Shown here piece after piece: positions 11,341 through 22,425 of a stretch of 64,000 nucleotides of DNA; within the stretch, counting starts at the first letter, position 1, and every line of letters starts with the position of its first letter. The notes below the pieces were generated by a model. That model was given only the letters and a program-made list of their open reading frames with translations, did not search any database and was not told the origin of the DNA. This DNA is from Octopus bimaculoides (taxonomy: Eukaryota): contig NC_068990.1 in the NCBI RefSeq assembly GCF_001194135.2, forward strand, positions 4,276,502 to 4,340,501, read 5' to 3'. The position numbers were made by a program, and so were the translations under genes.

Positions 11341-12430
11341 TCATCATCATCATTTAGTGTCTGTGGTCCATGCTGGCATGGGTTGGACAGTTTGATCAGG
11401 GCTGGCAAAGTGGAAGGCTGCACCAAACTCTAGTCTGATTTGGCATGGTTTCTAGGCTGGATGCCCTTCTTAATACCAACCATTCCAAGAGTGCAATGGG
11501 TGCTTTTATGTGCCACCAGCATGGGTGCCATTTGTATGACATCGGTATCTGCCATGACTGTGATTTTATTTGGCTTGATGGGTCTTCTCAAGTGCGACAT
11601 AATGCCAAAGATCTCGGTCATTGCCTCTGTGAGGCCCAGCACTTGAAAGGAGCTTTTCACATGCTACCAGCATCAGCCCCTTTGCCTCCGTGAGGTGCAA
11701 TGCTCAAAAGGTGCTTTTTATGTGCCACTGGCATGGGTGCCAGTTACATGACACCAGCATCAGCCATCACTACAGTTTCACTTGGTCTTGGTCACTTGTC
11801 ATTGCTTCTGTGAGGCCCAAAGTCAGAAAGCTGTTCCACAGGAATTCCCAGTTGATCTCTATGTCACAAGTCTGTAGCTCCTCCTCCCACTCATCAAATT
11901 TTTCAATGAGGATGTCCCTAAATCTCTGACCATAAGAAGGGTCCTTAAGCTTTCAAATTCTTCTTTTCCAGATTGGTTTGCTTTTTGGCATCTTTCTGGT
12001 TTGGAATCTAAAGCCACCAATGACTAGTCTATGCTGATGGGGTACATTCTTCAACATAGAGAGTTTTTTTTTTTATTCCAGAGCAACCATGCATCCCACT
12101 GTCTGGTGAGAATGTAATCGATCTGGCCAGCACAATCACCTGATTGGTAGGTTATCAAGTGGCTAGCTGGCTTCTTGAAGTTGGTGTTGCAAATCAAAGG
12201 GTTATTTGCATCACAGAACTCCAGTAGCCTTGTTCCCTCTTTGTTTTGAGAACCAATCCCTTGTACATCATGAAAGATACCAGGCTGCCATCTGACATGC
12301 CCATTGAAATCCCCAGTCACGAAGATGAGATCATTGTCACTTGCCTATGAGGTAGTCTGCAGAAGAATATCATAAAAGTGGTCCTTCTGTTCACTTGGTA
12401 GGTCCACTTGTGGGACATAGGCAATAAAGC
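11341..12430 (-). mobile_element. Internally deleted RTE LINE (APE endonuclease + linker fused to ORF C-terminus and 3' UTR)
   Basis: Minus-strand translation IAYVPQVDLPSEQKDHFYDILLQ*..TGDFNGHV...RLLEFCDANNPLICNTNFKK..HLITYQSG..QIDYIL (APE motifs), then KLKDPSYGQRFRDILIEKF..NWEFLWNSF, then directly LGLTEAMT (typical RTE C-terminus) and the family A UTR with a (GAT)n tail. Confidence 0.8.
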
Positions 12431-12583
12431 TTTATCTCTCTTCCTTATTCTTAGATAAAAAGCAAGAATCTGAAATGTCAAATTCTTTATTCCTTATAAC
12501 AATTAAACTTTACAAGCTCCTTTAGGAAGCCTCTCCTATGTCTGATAAAGGTTTTGATCTGGCTAAAAGTGGTATGCTTGTAC

Positions 12584-12797
12584 AAGGTGGTGAGCTGGCA
12601 GAATCATTAACATACCAGATAAAATACTTAGCAGCATTTCACTCATCTTCACATTCTGAGTTCAAATTCTGCTGGGATCATCTTTGCCTTTCCTCCTTTC
12701 AGTGTCAATAAAATAAGTAACAGTCAAGTACTGGGGTTGATGAATTTGACGAGACCCCTCTCCACAAATTTCAGGCTTTATTCTTATAGCAGAAAGG
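12584..12797 (+). mobile_element. tRNA-derived SINE family C
   Basis: ggtggtgagctggcagaatc...ttctgagttcaaattc...tttgcctttcctcctttc...gtactggggttgatg, with the ttatagcagaaagg tail variant. Confidence 0.8.
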
Positions 12798-12887
12798 AGT
12801 CTTATTCTTAATATTGTTTATATATTTGCTATTCACATGTACAATTGCAAACTCAATTTTTATCACCTTCAATATTAGAGGATATAG

Positions 12888-13104
12888 AAGGCGGTTAGCT
12901 GGCAGAATCATGAGCACACCAGGCTAGATGTTTAGCAGCATCTTGTCTATCTTTACATTCTGAGTTCAAATATCATTGGGGTTGACTTCACCTTTCATCT
13001 TTAAGGGGTTGATAAAATAAGTACCAGTCATGTACTGACGTTGATGTAATCAATTTACTCCTTCCCTCAAACTTACTGGTCTTGTGCCAAAATTTGAAAC
13101 CAAT
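12888..13104 (+). mobile_element. tRNA-derived SINE family C
   Basis: ggcggttagctggcagaatc...ttctgagttcaaat...gataaaataagtaccagt...cttgtgccaaaatttgaaaccaat. Confidence 0.8.
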
Positions 13105-13876
13105 ACCAGAGAATATATATTGTATGACTTGGACTCAATACATTATTGGTTTATATATGTTCGCAATGGGTTAGTAGTGTTAGTGAGAAATTGATTAATG
13201 AAATGATGGCCATTCTCTCTTATAATGGTACTAGATCACACACAGTGTAGGGGTACAGCTATTTGTATCATCTCCAGTAGCATTCGACCCTAGATAACAT
13301 GAACAACAAATCATATACAGAATAGCATTTATCCTAATGGTATTCCTTTCTTGCCATGTCACAGCTCATTTGAAATTAGAAATATAAAGTAATGAAAATA
13401 ATATCTTGAAGTATTTAGTATGGTTTTCTTTTTAAGCCAACTCTTTTATTCCTATAATTCAAATGTGATAGAAATGAATACGAGATAAATTTCTTGTGTT
13501 TAGAGTTTATTTATCTTATACATCATATACATGATTCAGAATAACTGGTGGATTATTGCTATTTTGAATGGATGGAGAAAGAGCAAAAACCAAGCAATAA
13601 TAGATAGTGACTCTTTAAAAAAAAAAAGAAAACAATTTCAATAAATTAATTTTATTTCCTTCGAGAAAAATCTAAAAACCTAATCCATGTTTGTAGACAA
13701 GGGGTCAACTAGTCACCTTATAGGACATCATCAGCATATTATACAGTCTAATTTGATCAGTTGATAATTGATTTTATGAATAAAAGGAAAGAATGATGAG
13801 TACTTTTGGCCAGTATTATTTGCATAAATAGAAAATAAAATGAACTGAGATGCAATAAACTAAGTGGGCCAGTGGT

Positions 13877-13958
13877 ATCATCATCATTATTGTTTAACGT
13901 CCACTTTCCATGCTAGCATGGGTTGGACGATTTGACTGAGGACTGACAAGCCAAAGGG
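13877..13958 (-). mobile_element. Family A extreme 3' fragment
   Basis: catcatcat...tttaacgtccactttccatgctagcatgggttggacgatttgactgaggactg. Confidence 0.8.
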
Positions 13959-15640
13959 TTGATATACTGAATGATGAATGCAAACAACTCTCAATTAATT
14001 GATAGTTTCCTCTTAGTAGGAAGAACAAACACATAAACAATAATTGTTGTGGATTTTCAAAGAATGAGTTTAGAAGGAAATCTGATCTTTGTTTACAAAC
14101 AAGGAAGCAATTGCAAACATGTTTCCATATTATTAATCCTTTTCACCATGCAATCTGTTCAAGTATTCTTTGATATATTTTTACACAAAGGAAAAAGATT
14201 TGTAATGATTTTTGGAACAAGTTTCAAGTCAAGCAGTTTAGCTACAGACACTATGAAGTACTGGCGATAGAATAAAACCTGCCGACATCAGAGCTGGTTG
14301 TCTGGTATTATATCAACTTGGTCACTTGCTCCCCAAAACTTTCAACCATCTAGATCAAATGTGTCCAACTCTAATTTTCCAATTTATCTAATTAAATTTC
14401 ATTAAACTATTCATATGCAAATACCCTGATTATGATATTTCAATACATCAAGCTGACAATGCATTTCAATTCAGCACCAAAAGTTTTTCCTTTTTTACTC
14501 CATACATTCTTATCTTTTCAAACAATGATTGCATTATATTTAATTTTGAGATATTTACAATACTATACTTCATTTTTCTACTGAAAAAAAAACAAAAGTA
14601 TTTGAACAAATGAAAACAATACATTATACCAGGTAGATGTTAGAAAAAGAAATGAACAAAACATTGTACAATTGGTTTTAGCTTTTCAATGAATTTAATT
14701 AATTTGTTTCTTAATTAGTCAATAAGGGAGAAAAAAAAATACTATAAAAATTAACTGACCTGTGCTATTTTTATGACAAGAAGAATCCAAGTACCGAGGA
14801 TCAGACAGAAGAGGTCTTCCCAGAATTTCTTTCCTACAATACACAATTGATTGACCAATTTCAAATGAAGCACAAAGAATAAAAAAAAGAAAAAAGAAAA
14901 ATTTCTCTGATATCTGGTCATAATAAGAACCATTATGTTGTTCTCATTGTTTTCCCCTTTAGTATGATTTTTCTTTAATGCTGCAGCCATTACATTTTGT
15001 TACACACACACAGACGGATGTATATATATATATGTTCAAAATTCTTCCCATCACCCAACTTTTGAAAAAATAAATACCAGTTCTTTTGTTGTTTCTATGT
15101 AAGCTTAACTGAAACAAAATTATTTTAATACAATTTTGAATGCAAGCAACAGATTGAAATATAAGAAAAGAAAATGACAAAAACCAAGTAATTTTCATTG
15201 TTCACTTGTTCATTTGTTGCTGTTTTTTTTTTTTCCTATTTCTGGAGTCGGTGAAGAGTTTTCGATTTCAGTGATAATTATACTGTTGTTTTTGTATTTA
15301 AAATAGATATATTATTTTGTCAGGATATATTTTGTTTTCAAAATAATATGTTTTCCTTTGGAAAAAAAAGAAAAAAAAGGACAAACAAAATAAAACAAAT
15401 ATCCTGTTGTATTACAATGAGAAATTATGAAATCAGAATTTTGAAAAACTTTAACAATGAAAATTAAATAAATAGGATATTAAATTTGTTTTGAAAATTC
15501 ACTATTAACTTCAAAATTCTTTTTAGACTGAACATTTGTTAATTTGGCAAAGATATTTTATAGTTTTAAGAGTGTGATTACATGTTTATGTACGTGTGTG
15601 TATGTATATATATATATATGTATACACACACACATAAACA

Positions 15641-16458
15641 CAAAAAGTTCCCAGACTAGTTCTGTAGCATGCCAACAGATGGTAGCACATGGTTGCATGT
15701 ACAGCGAGAGCTAGCAGTAACCTTTATGAGGCAGTGTGCCGAGTGACATTGCTGTTTTTACTTCACAAGTTGTGAAATTTGTGTTTTTATGATCATGTGT
15801 ATGCTGTAGTCTGCGATTTTGTCATGGACAAGAAGTTGGAACAAAGAGTCAACATGAAATTTTGCATTCAACTTGGGAAATCTGCTATTGAGCAGGCTTC
15901 AACAAGCTTACAGTGACAAGCAATGAGTCATACACAATGTTTTGAGTGGCACAAGTGCTTCAAAAGCAGAAGAACACCCGTGGGTGTGATCTGGAAAACC
16001 TGCCACAAGCATCACCCCCAGAAATGTGGAGAAAATTCATCAGCTTGAGCATGAGGATTGTTGGAGGAATGACCCATCCTTCGTGTAGAGGATCATCACT
16101 GGTGAAGAGAGTTGGGTCTATGAGTATGACCCTGAGATGAAGCAGTAGTCATTGCAATGGAAGAGCCCTTCATCTCCATGACCGGAGAAAGCACAACAGG
16201 ACTATAACTCAATCAAGGGCATGCTCATCGTTTTTTGCAACATCCACAGTATTGTGTATTGAGAATTTGTCCCCCAGGGCCAGATCAACAATTGTGAGTT
16301 CTACTGTGACGTTTCAAAGCATTTGAAAGAAGTCATTTAGCAAAAGTGGCCGGATCAGTGGAGTGCAAAGAACTGGATTCTTCACGACCACAATGCACCC
16401 TGTCACAGAGCTCTCCTCACTTGTGAGTTTCTCACCAAAATCAGCATAGAGTCACTTT
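15641..16458 (+). mobile_element. Decayed mariner transposon (transposase pseudogene)
   Basis: ATG at 15824 gives MDKKLEQRVNMKFCIQLGKSA..QQAYSDKAMSHTQCFEWHKCFK (mariner HTH). After an internal deletion the reading is RIITGEESWVYEYDPE..QWKSPSSP..MLIVF..EFVPQGQ..WILHDHNAPCH (mariner WVYEYDP and HDNAP motifs), with stops. Confidence 0.85.
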
Positions 16459-16579
16459 TGCACACACACACACACACACACACATTGGCATCTATGTGTG
16501 TGTGCAGTGCATATGCATACAGATATATTCAAATATTCTTTAAATGTGTGGATGTATGTGTATAAACACAGATATACTG

Positions 16580-16920
16580 GATCCTAATCCACCAAGGGAA
16601 GGTATGTCAGAAGAAAGTAATTCAACAACGCAGGTTGATGAACCGTAAGACGTGTGGCCAGAACCTCCTGGAAAATAACCATAGCGAGGGACATTCCACA
16701 GTTGAATTAGAACAGTCACAAACAGTGAAAGAAGACATGCACCCAACACCAGAGCTGAAGACACCTCCGAAAGGAGGGGCCCCGCCACGTCAAAACGGTA
16801 GAGGAGTAGGGGCCGAAACCGGACGTGGTTCCTCCTGATGATGTCTTCAGCTAACTGGATCCTATAAAGGAGCTGTTGTGGTAGCAGACCACGAAACATG
16901 GTTGAAATTCCTCCTATGCT
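16580..16920 (+). ncRNA. GC-rich structured island with hammerhead-like motifs (possible Penelope pLTR remnant)
   Basis: CTGAAGA (16755-16761), CTGATGA (16835-16841), GAAAC (16815, 16893) and several perfect stems. No canonical hammerhead folds completely. Confidence 0.4.
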
Positions 16921-16924
16921 ATGA

Positions 16925-17125
16925 TTTAAGCCTGTCCTATTCTACCAGTTTTTTGTTTAAACTGACCAGATCCATCCTCTTACATCTACCCTGCAATATC
17001 ATTCTAAAAATAAACTAGCACATCATTAAAATCTGAAAGCTATGAGATAATGCATGATTAATTCAAAATAATGTGAATAAATAAGCATTGCATTTGATAG
17101 AGTAACCTGAATGTTAAAGGGTTAA
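16925..17125 (-). mobile_element. TTAA-flanked MITE copy (inverted, one end degenerate)
   Basis: Ends in aaaggg-TTAA at 17125. The interior is the reverse complement of 6282-6490. Confidence 0.7.
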
Positions 17126-17969
17126 TTTTGCTTACGTAAGTTGTATCAATCTACATATACAATATTTGAAAATTAAAAATCATTATGAACTTTTTGACAA
17201 GTCTCATACTAACTGCATAAGCTTGCTTGAATTTGCTGATGGGATCATTCAAATGATTGTTGTAGAATTTGGCAGCAGGAGTATTTTATCTGTGAACCAA
17301 TATATAAAATCAAATGCTTATCTTATTTACAAATATTTAGCTAATGCATTCTTGATGACAGAATCTAGCAGGACAGCTTCCATCAAGTCAAGTTTCTTTA
17401 TTTAATTAAAAGATTACTTGATGGATTATCAGAAGTTGGTGTTATGACATGAGGTGCTACCCACAATACTGTATGCCACTAAACTGCAGTTGAAATCCAC
17501 TGTGAATATTCTATTTACTTTTCCAGGCAATTGGACTTAACATACCTCCACCTTAATACCATTACCTGATTCTTCTGAATTTGAGGACCCTGAACAGTGT
17601 TCATACTGTGATAAGCATTTAGAAAAATCTTTCTGTCAGTTCATTGACCACATTTTCTCTGTAGTTGTTCAGACTAGGCACTGGCTCTATCACTTATACT
17701 ATTTTAAGAAAGCCTTGGAAAGTCATAGGTCCCCTCCTCTAAATAATTTACAGAAATTTGAAAAAATATCAAAACAATCAACATTGTTTCAGTTCAGTTG
17801 GCTCTTGGTAATAAGTACTGGAAATTACTAAATATCTTGGATTGTCCAGGTATTGGAGAATCTGGATTTTAGTTTTGATTTTAAGTTAGCAGTCTATTTT
17901 ACATTTGACTCCTCATGTATGTTGGACTCCCCACTAAGTGGATATCTCCAGCCATAAAATGTTACCATA

Positions 17970-18320
17970 TACATCATCATCATTTAGCATCCATTGTCCA
18001 TGGGTTGGATGGTGTAACCAAAGCTGGGGAGCTGCACCAGACTCCATTCTGATTTGGCATGGTTTCTACAGCTGGATGCCCTTCCTGGCACCAGCCACTT
18101 TACAGAGTGTGCTGGTTGCTTTTATGTATAGCACCACATGAGTACTTTTATGTGATGTTGCATGGGTGCTTTTATGCACCACTTCATGGGCACTTTTACA
18201 TGGCACCACATGGGTGCTTTTACATGGCACTGCATAGGTGCTTTTACATGTCGCCTCATGGGCACTTTTAAATGGCACCACATGGACACTTTTATGTGGC
18301 ACTGCCATGAGTGCTTTACA
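17970..18320 (-). mobile_element. Family A copy with internal 24-bp minisatellite
   Basis: catcatcatcattt...ggtttctacagctggatgcccttcctggcaccagcc, then tandem units in phase at 18137, 18161, 18185, 18209, 18233, 18257 and 18281 (consensus about catgggtgcttttacatggcacca). Confidence 0.85.
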
Positions 18321-21300
18321 GGATCACCTCTGCTGCAGGGTATGGGTCTTCTTGAATATGGCAAGGCAACAGTTATTTCGGTTCTTTGACATCTTGTCTG
18401 AGGTCATTATTCAGTACTTTATGTGTGTGTGTGTCTGTGTGTGTATGCATGCGTGCATGTGTGTGATTTCCCATCTAGTAATAGACACCACTTCCCATTC
18501 ACTTGACCCCTTCAAATCACTCCCTAGCATCTTAACTATGTAGAGGATTTCTTATATAACATAGACCTAAATACTTCTAAAATGTCAGGATAGTCATATG
18601 GTTATTGCTGATAGATTTGACCGGGGGATGAATAATAACAGCATATAATTGTTGTAATCCTAGTTTTTGAAAAGAGCCTTATATAGACTTTATGTTAATC
18701 AAAACAAAAATGGTATTAAGAATTGTCAATGCAGGTGAGATGTTGATTTGAAAATATTTTTTCTACAGATATACTCTCTCTCTCTCTCTCTCTTGTTTTG
18801 TTTTTTAAATAACTTGTACTGCATCAACATAAAATCCTTCTTGGAATTGTGTAATTATGATATTTTTTACAATTTGTGTGTTTAGTTCAACATCATCCTC
18901 TCCTCATTTTTTTCCTTTCTTATTATGATTAAAATAATTGCAATGGATCAAAAACTGTTTTCACTTCTAGCATCAATTATGATCAGATATTGTTTGCTTG
19001 CAGCAATTTCTGCAGTAAAGTCAATTATCTTCCAATGTGACACAAGAAACTGGAGTTGAATAGAAAAGAAAATTAAAACAAAAGCGGATCCAATTATTGT
19101 TTGAGTCTCAGAAGTATATTTGTAAAATTTAATCTCTGTTGTATTTCTTTTCATTTTTAATCAAAAGTCAGAATCAGGCAAGAACATGACACTTTGTAGT
19201 TCATGGTCATATGTAGCAAATCCTCACCAAATCTTGAAAGTAATTCCTGCATGGCGCCTAGTTGTGCTTTGTTGTTTTCTTCATCTTCTATGTCAGTGTT
19301 GATCAATAGACTTAAAATATAAGATATTGCAGCAATGACAGTCTTTTTTATTTCTATCAGGTGCACTGTGTTTATGATTATTTTGTTTTTATCAGGCATC
19401 TATGGTTATATTATCTAATCTGTCATTTGTTTTTCCAAGATGGTAGTCCCTCTCTCCCTCCCTCCCCCTCTCTCTCTCACTGTGAGTGTATGCATACACT
19501 TGCAGTCAGGTGCATCACTGCAACAGGCAGTGACTTTGCAGATTGCTTTCTCATTCATTCACCACTTCGTCAGTATGCTCCCAGTCACTACATTGTCCAC
19601 CCACCATCATCAAGTGAACAACTGCTAATCCTCTCCATTAGCTAGCATCAGCAAGAAGCATGGCCGATTAAATAAAAATTGTATAGCATATTAAATTTTT
19701 TTTTGAAAGACAGTTCTCTGTCTCTCTGTCCTAATAGCACATGTTCAAATATAGAACTGCTACAATTCCGAAACAGAAAATGTTTAAAATAAAAATATAA
19801 ATTCCTCTTCATTCTTTTCTGACTGAAAAAATTTCATATAAATTGAAAAAAAAAACAAAACAACTATATTTTCTCTAAAACAGTTATTTTTCCATAACAC
19901 TAATAAAAATAAATTTAAACACAATTGTATGAAAACTTTATTTATAGTCTCATAAATGTAGTTTTTACTTTAATATATAATTATCTAACACTATTTATTT
20001 CATTGTTTTATATCCATTATCTCCAGCTAGTTTGATAGTTTGTATTTTCTTTCTACTATTTTATAGCCATTTTGTTAGGTTAGCATAGGAGAAATGATTT
20101 ATCTATTTACCAGTTTATATCTATTTTCCAAGCCTAGTGTGGATAAGGTTTTCGCAAGTGAGATATTTACATAATTTTGAATCAGCCGTTTATGCAGTAG
20201 GAAGGTCTCCCCATTGGTCATGACTCAAGTGTGAAATAGAAATGAAATGTGTGTTGTCATGTAGCCAGATGAAAGCAAATACAGTGAAGTGCCTACCTTG
20301 TCCAGAGACACACAGAATTGTTTTTGCTTCAGCTCTTGAATTCATGACAGTTTTAGTATTTTACTATACTCTAGAAAATTGTGAATTCTTATGAGTAGAC
20401 TTAAGTATATCTAATAGTAATTTTTAAAAATATATTTTCTTTTTAAAGAGTAAACTTTGAAGGGTTAGTAAAAAATGTTAAGCCAATTTAAAGAAAACAT
20501 GAAAGAATTAAAGAGTAATGTTTGCTTTTTTAGATTCAAAATTATCATGTCTGGCAACATTTTATTGGTCTCATATTAAAAGTGATAATTTTAATGTTTT
20601 TATTTCATCTTTTTTTTTTTGTTCTTTCTATGAAATATTACATTAAATTGTTCCAGTGTTATAAATGTTTAACAAGACATTTAATTTTAGGAGAAAGACT
20701 ACAAAGTTAAACATTTATTTCCAGTGAATATTTCTTTTCATTTATCAGGCAAGTTTATCTGTGATTCAAATTTGTCACAGAATCATTTGAGGAAGAAATA
20801 GAATTGAGTATTCACTGAAAAATGAGTATTTCAATATGTTGTTCTTGTAGAAAATAATACCATGTTTGCAGTGAAACTTTATCATTGCAGAAGTGAAAAC
20901 ATATAATATATATCAGTATTATATCACTAATAAGCTAAACTGGGAAAATAATCTTGAAAGTCTACATTGAAGATTATGTCAGATAGTAGCAGAAAATTTG
21001 TGAGAAGATGACCTTGAACTTTCTTTGTTATGCTGAATTATTTTTTATTGCAGAAACGCATAGAGCTGACATCTCCATTCTCTTGATCTATGTACATATT
21101 AAGATCATTGAATATCAGTTAGCACAAAGCGGTGATGGAAGTACTTTTTCCCAAATTTCTTCACAACAAGATCAGGCCCAGAACTTCACGGCTACTAAAC
21201 AAACTTTTTAACTACAAGGCAATACCTTGTATACACTTGTTAAATTATATGAATTCCTTTTTGCCTCACATTTTACACACACACACACACACATCAACAT

Positions 21301-21959
21301 GGTGTGAACAAATGATTATATTTGAACAAAAATACCCTGGATTATTAATGACTGACTGAGTTATCTCCTCTCTGTATTCGCGTAACATTTCATATCCTGG
21401 GAGAAGGACAAGTACCAGACAAATTACAGCAGCTGATCTAATCAATTAAAGTTCTTTAATGTGGTGTCCCAGCAAGGCCACAATTCACTGATTGAAATCA
21501 GTGAAAGGAGATGGTGACCCAATTAGGAAAAGAATGTGTAAAACATTTATTGTGTCACTTTCAAAATGGATCACCAGATCCAGGTACTTTTATTTCCATT
21601 TACTGTCTTTTACATTCTAAAAAATTCTCTGTGGCAAATCTGTCTTTTAAGTGATACAAATTGTTATTGGTACTGGAGACTGCATTCAACCAAATGCATC
21701 AAATCACCTCTTTATGTTGAAGAAAAAACATACAGTCTGGACCTGCATTACTAATTCAAAGTCTGCTAGTTATCATAATGATAAACATTTGCCAAACTTT
21801 TTTATCCTAACAAAAATAAATTTGAAAACTTTTTAAAAAACTAACTCAGCCATGGAAATTGTAATGAAAGATTTTCTTCAGAAATGGTCCATTTTTGTAT
21901 AATACACTGTTAAGGAAAAGTGACCAAATCTACATGTGGCTAAATATTCAGGAATTTTT

Positions 21960-22425
21960 GAAAATACTGATAAAAAAAAGTTTTCCATATGCACTTAAAA
22001 CATTTAGTTGAAGACTTTCCAGACACAGGAAATATATTTAATGAACAGAATAAAAAAATGCTTAAAGTTACATGAGAGAAGATACAGCTGGTCTATATTT
22101 CCTATGAAAAATTTGAAAAATATGATCAAACACAGAAACTGGATTTTCAATCATACTTGGTTGAGATCCTCAAGGCACCTAATAACTTATAGAGAGAACT
22201 GATTGAACTATCAGCAGAAACATTCTGAAGTCTCATTTCAACTTTTTAAAAAGATACTTTTGAAATTTGCTTTATAATACACATTAACAATCTCATTGAG
22301 TGTCATCTCATTCAAGTACAAACTAGTTATGACTCAACAGTTTTCTTAGTGATTAAATAAAATGTACCTTGAGAGCTCAGATAATAGATATACTCTTGAA
22401 GAGCTAATTAAAGCTCTGGACAAAT
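21960..22425 (+). pseudogene. hAT (Buster/SPIN-like) transposase C-terminal remnant
   Basis: Translations KAPNNL*RELIELS and IKCTLRAQIIDILLKS*LKL resemble the AP..LQMELIELQ and K..LRS.LTD..L...LRL motifs of GTF2IRD2/SPIN-type transposases. Multiple stops and frameshifts. Confidence 0.5.

Noticed and set aside
16778-16830. HDV-like, pistol or twister ribozyme reading of the pseudoknot
   Set aside because: The stem order and conserved loop nucleotides do not fit those folds on either strand.
16540-16899. 119-aa minus-strand ORF and 67-aa plus-strand ORF
   Set aside because: No recognisable domain. Stop scarcity is explained by local GC richness, and the structured-RNA reading fits better.
17541-17830. 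ATG-less open frame of about 97 codons with a CxxC (CSYCDKH)
   Set aside because: The nearest acceptor (17526) leads to stops in all phases and no family is recognised. A few frames this long are expected by chance in 64 kb.
18113-18320. Regularly spaced repeats considered as a CRISPR-like array
   Set aside because: The units are contiguous with no unique spacers, the context is eukaryotic and there are no cas genes.
18059-18389. Four overlapping ORFs with repetitive peptides on both strands
   Set aside because: Produced by the 24-bp minisatellite inside a LINE UTR copy.
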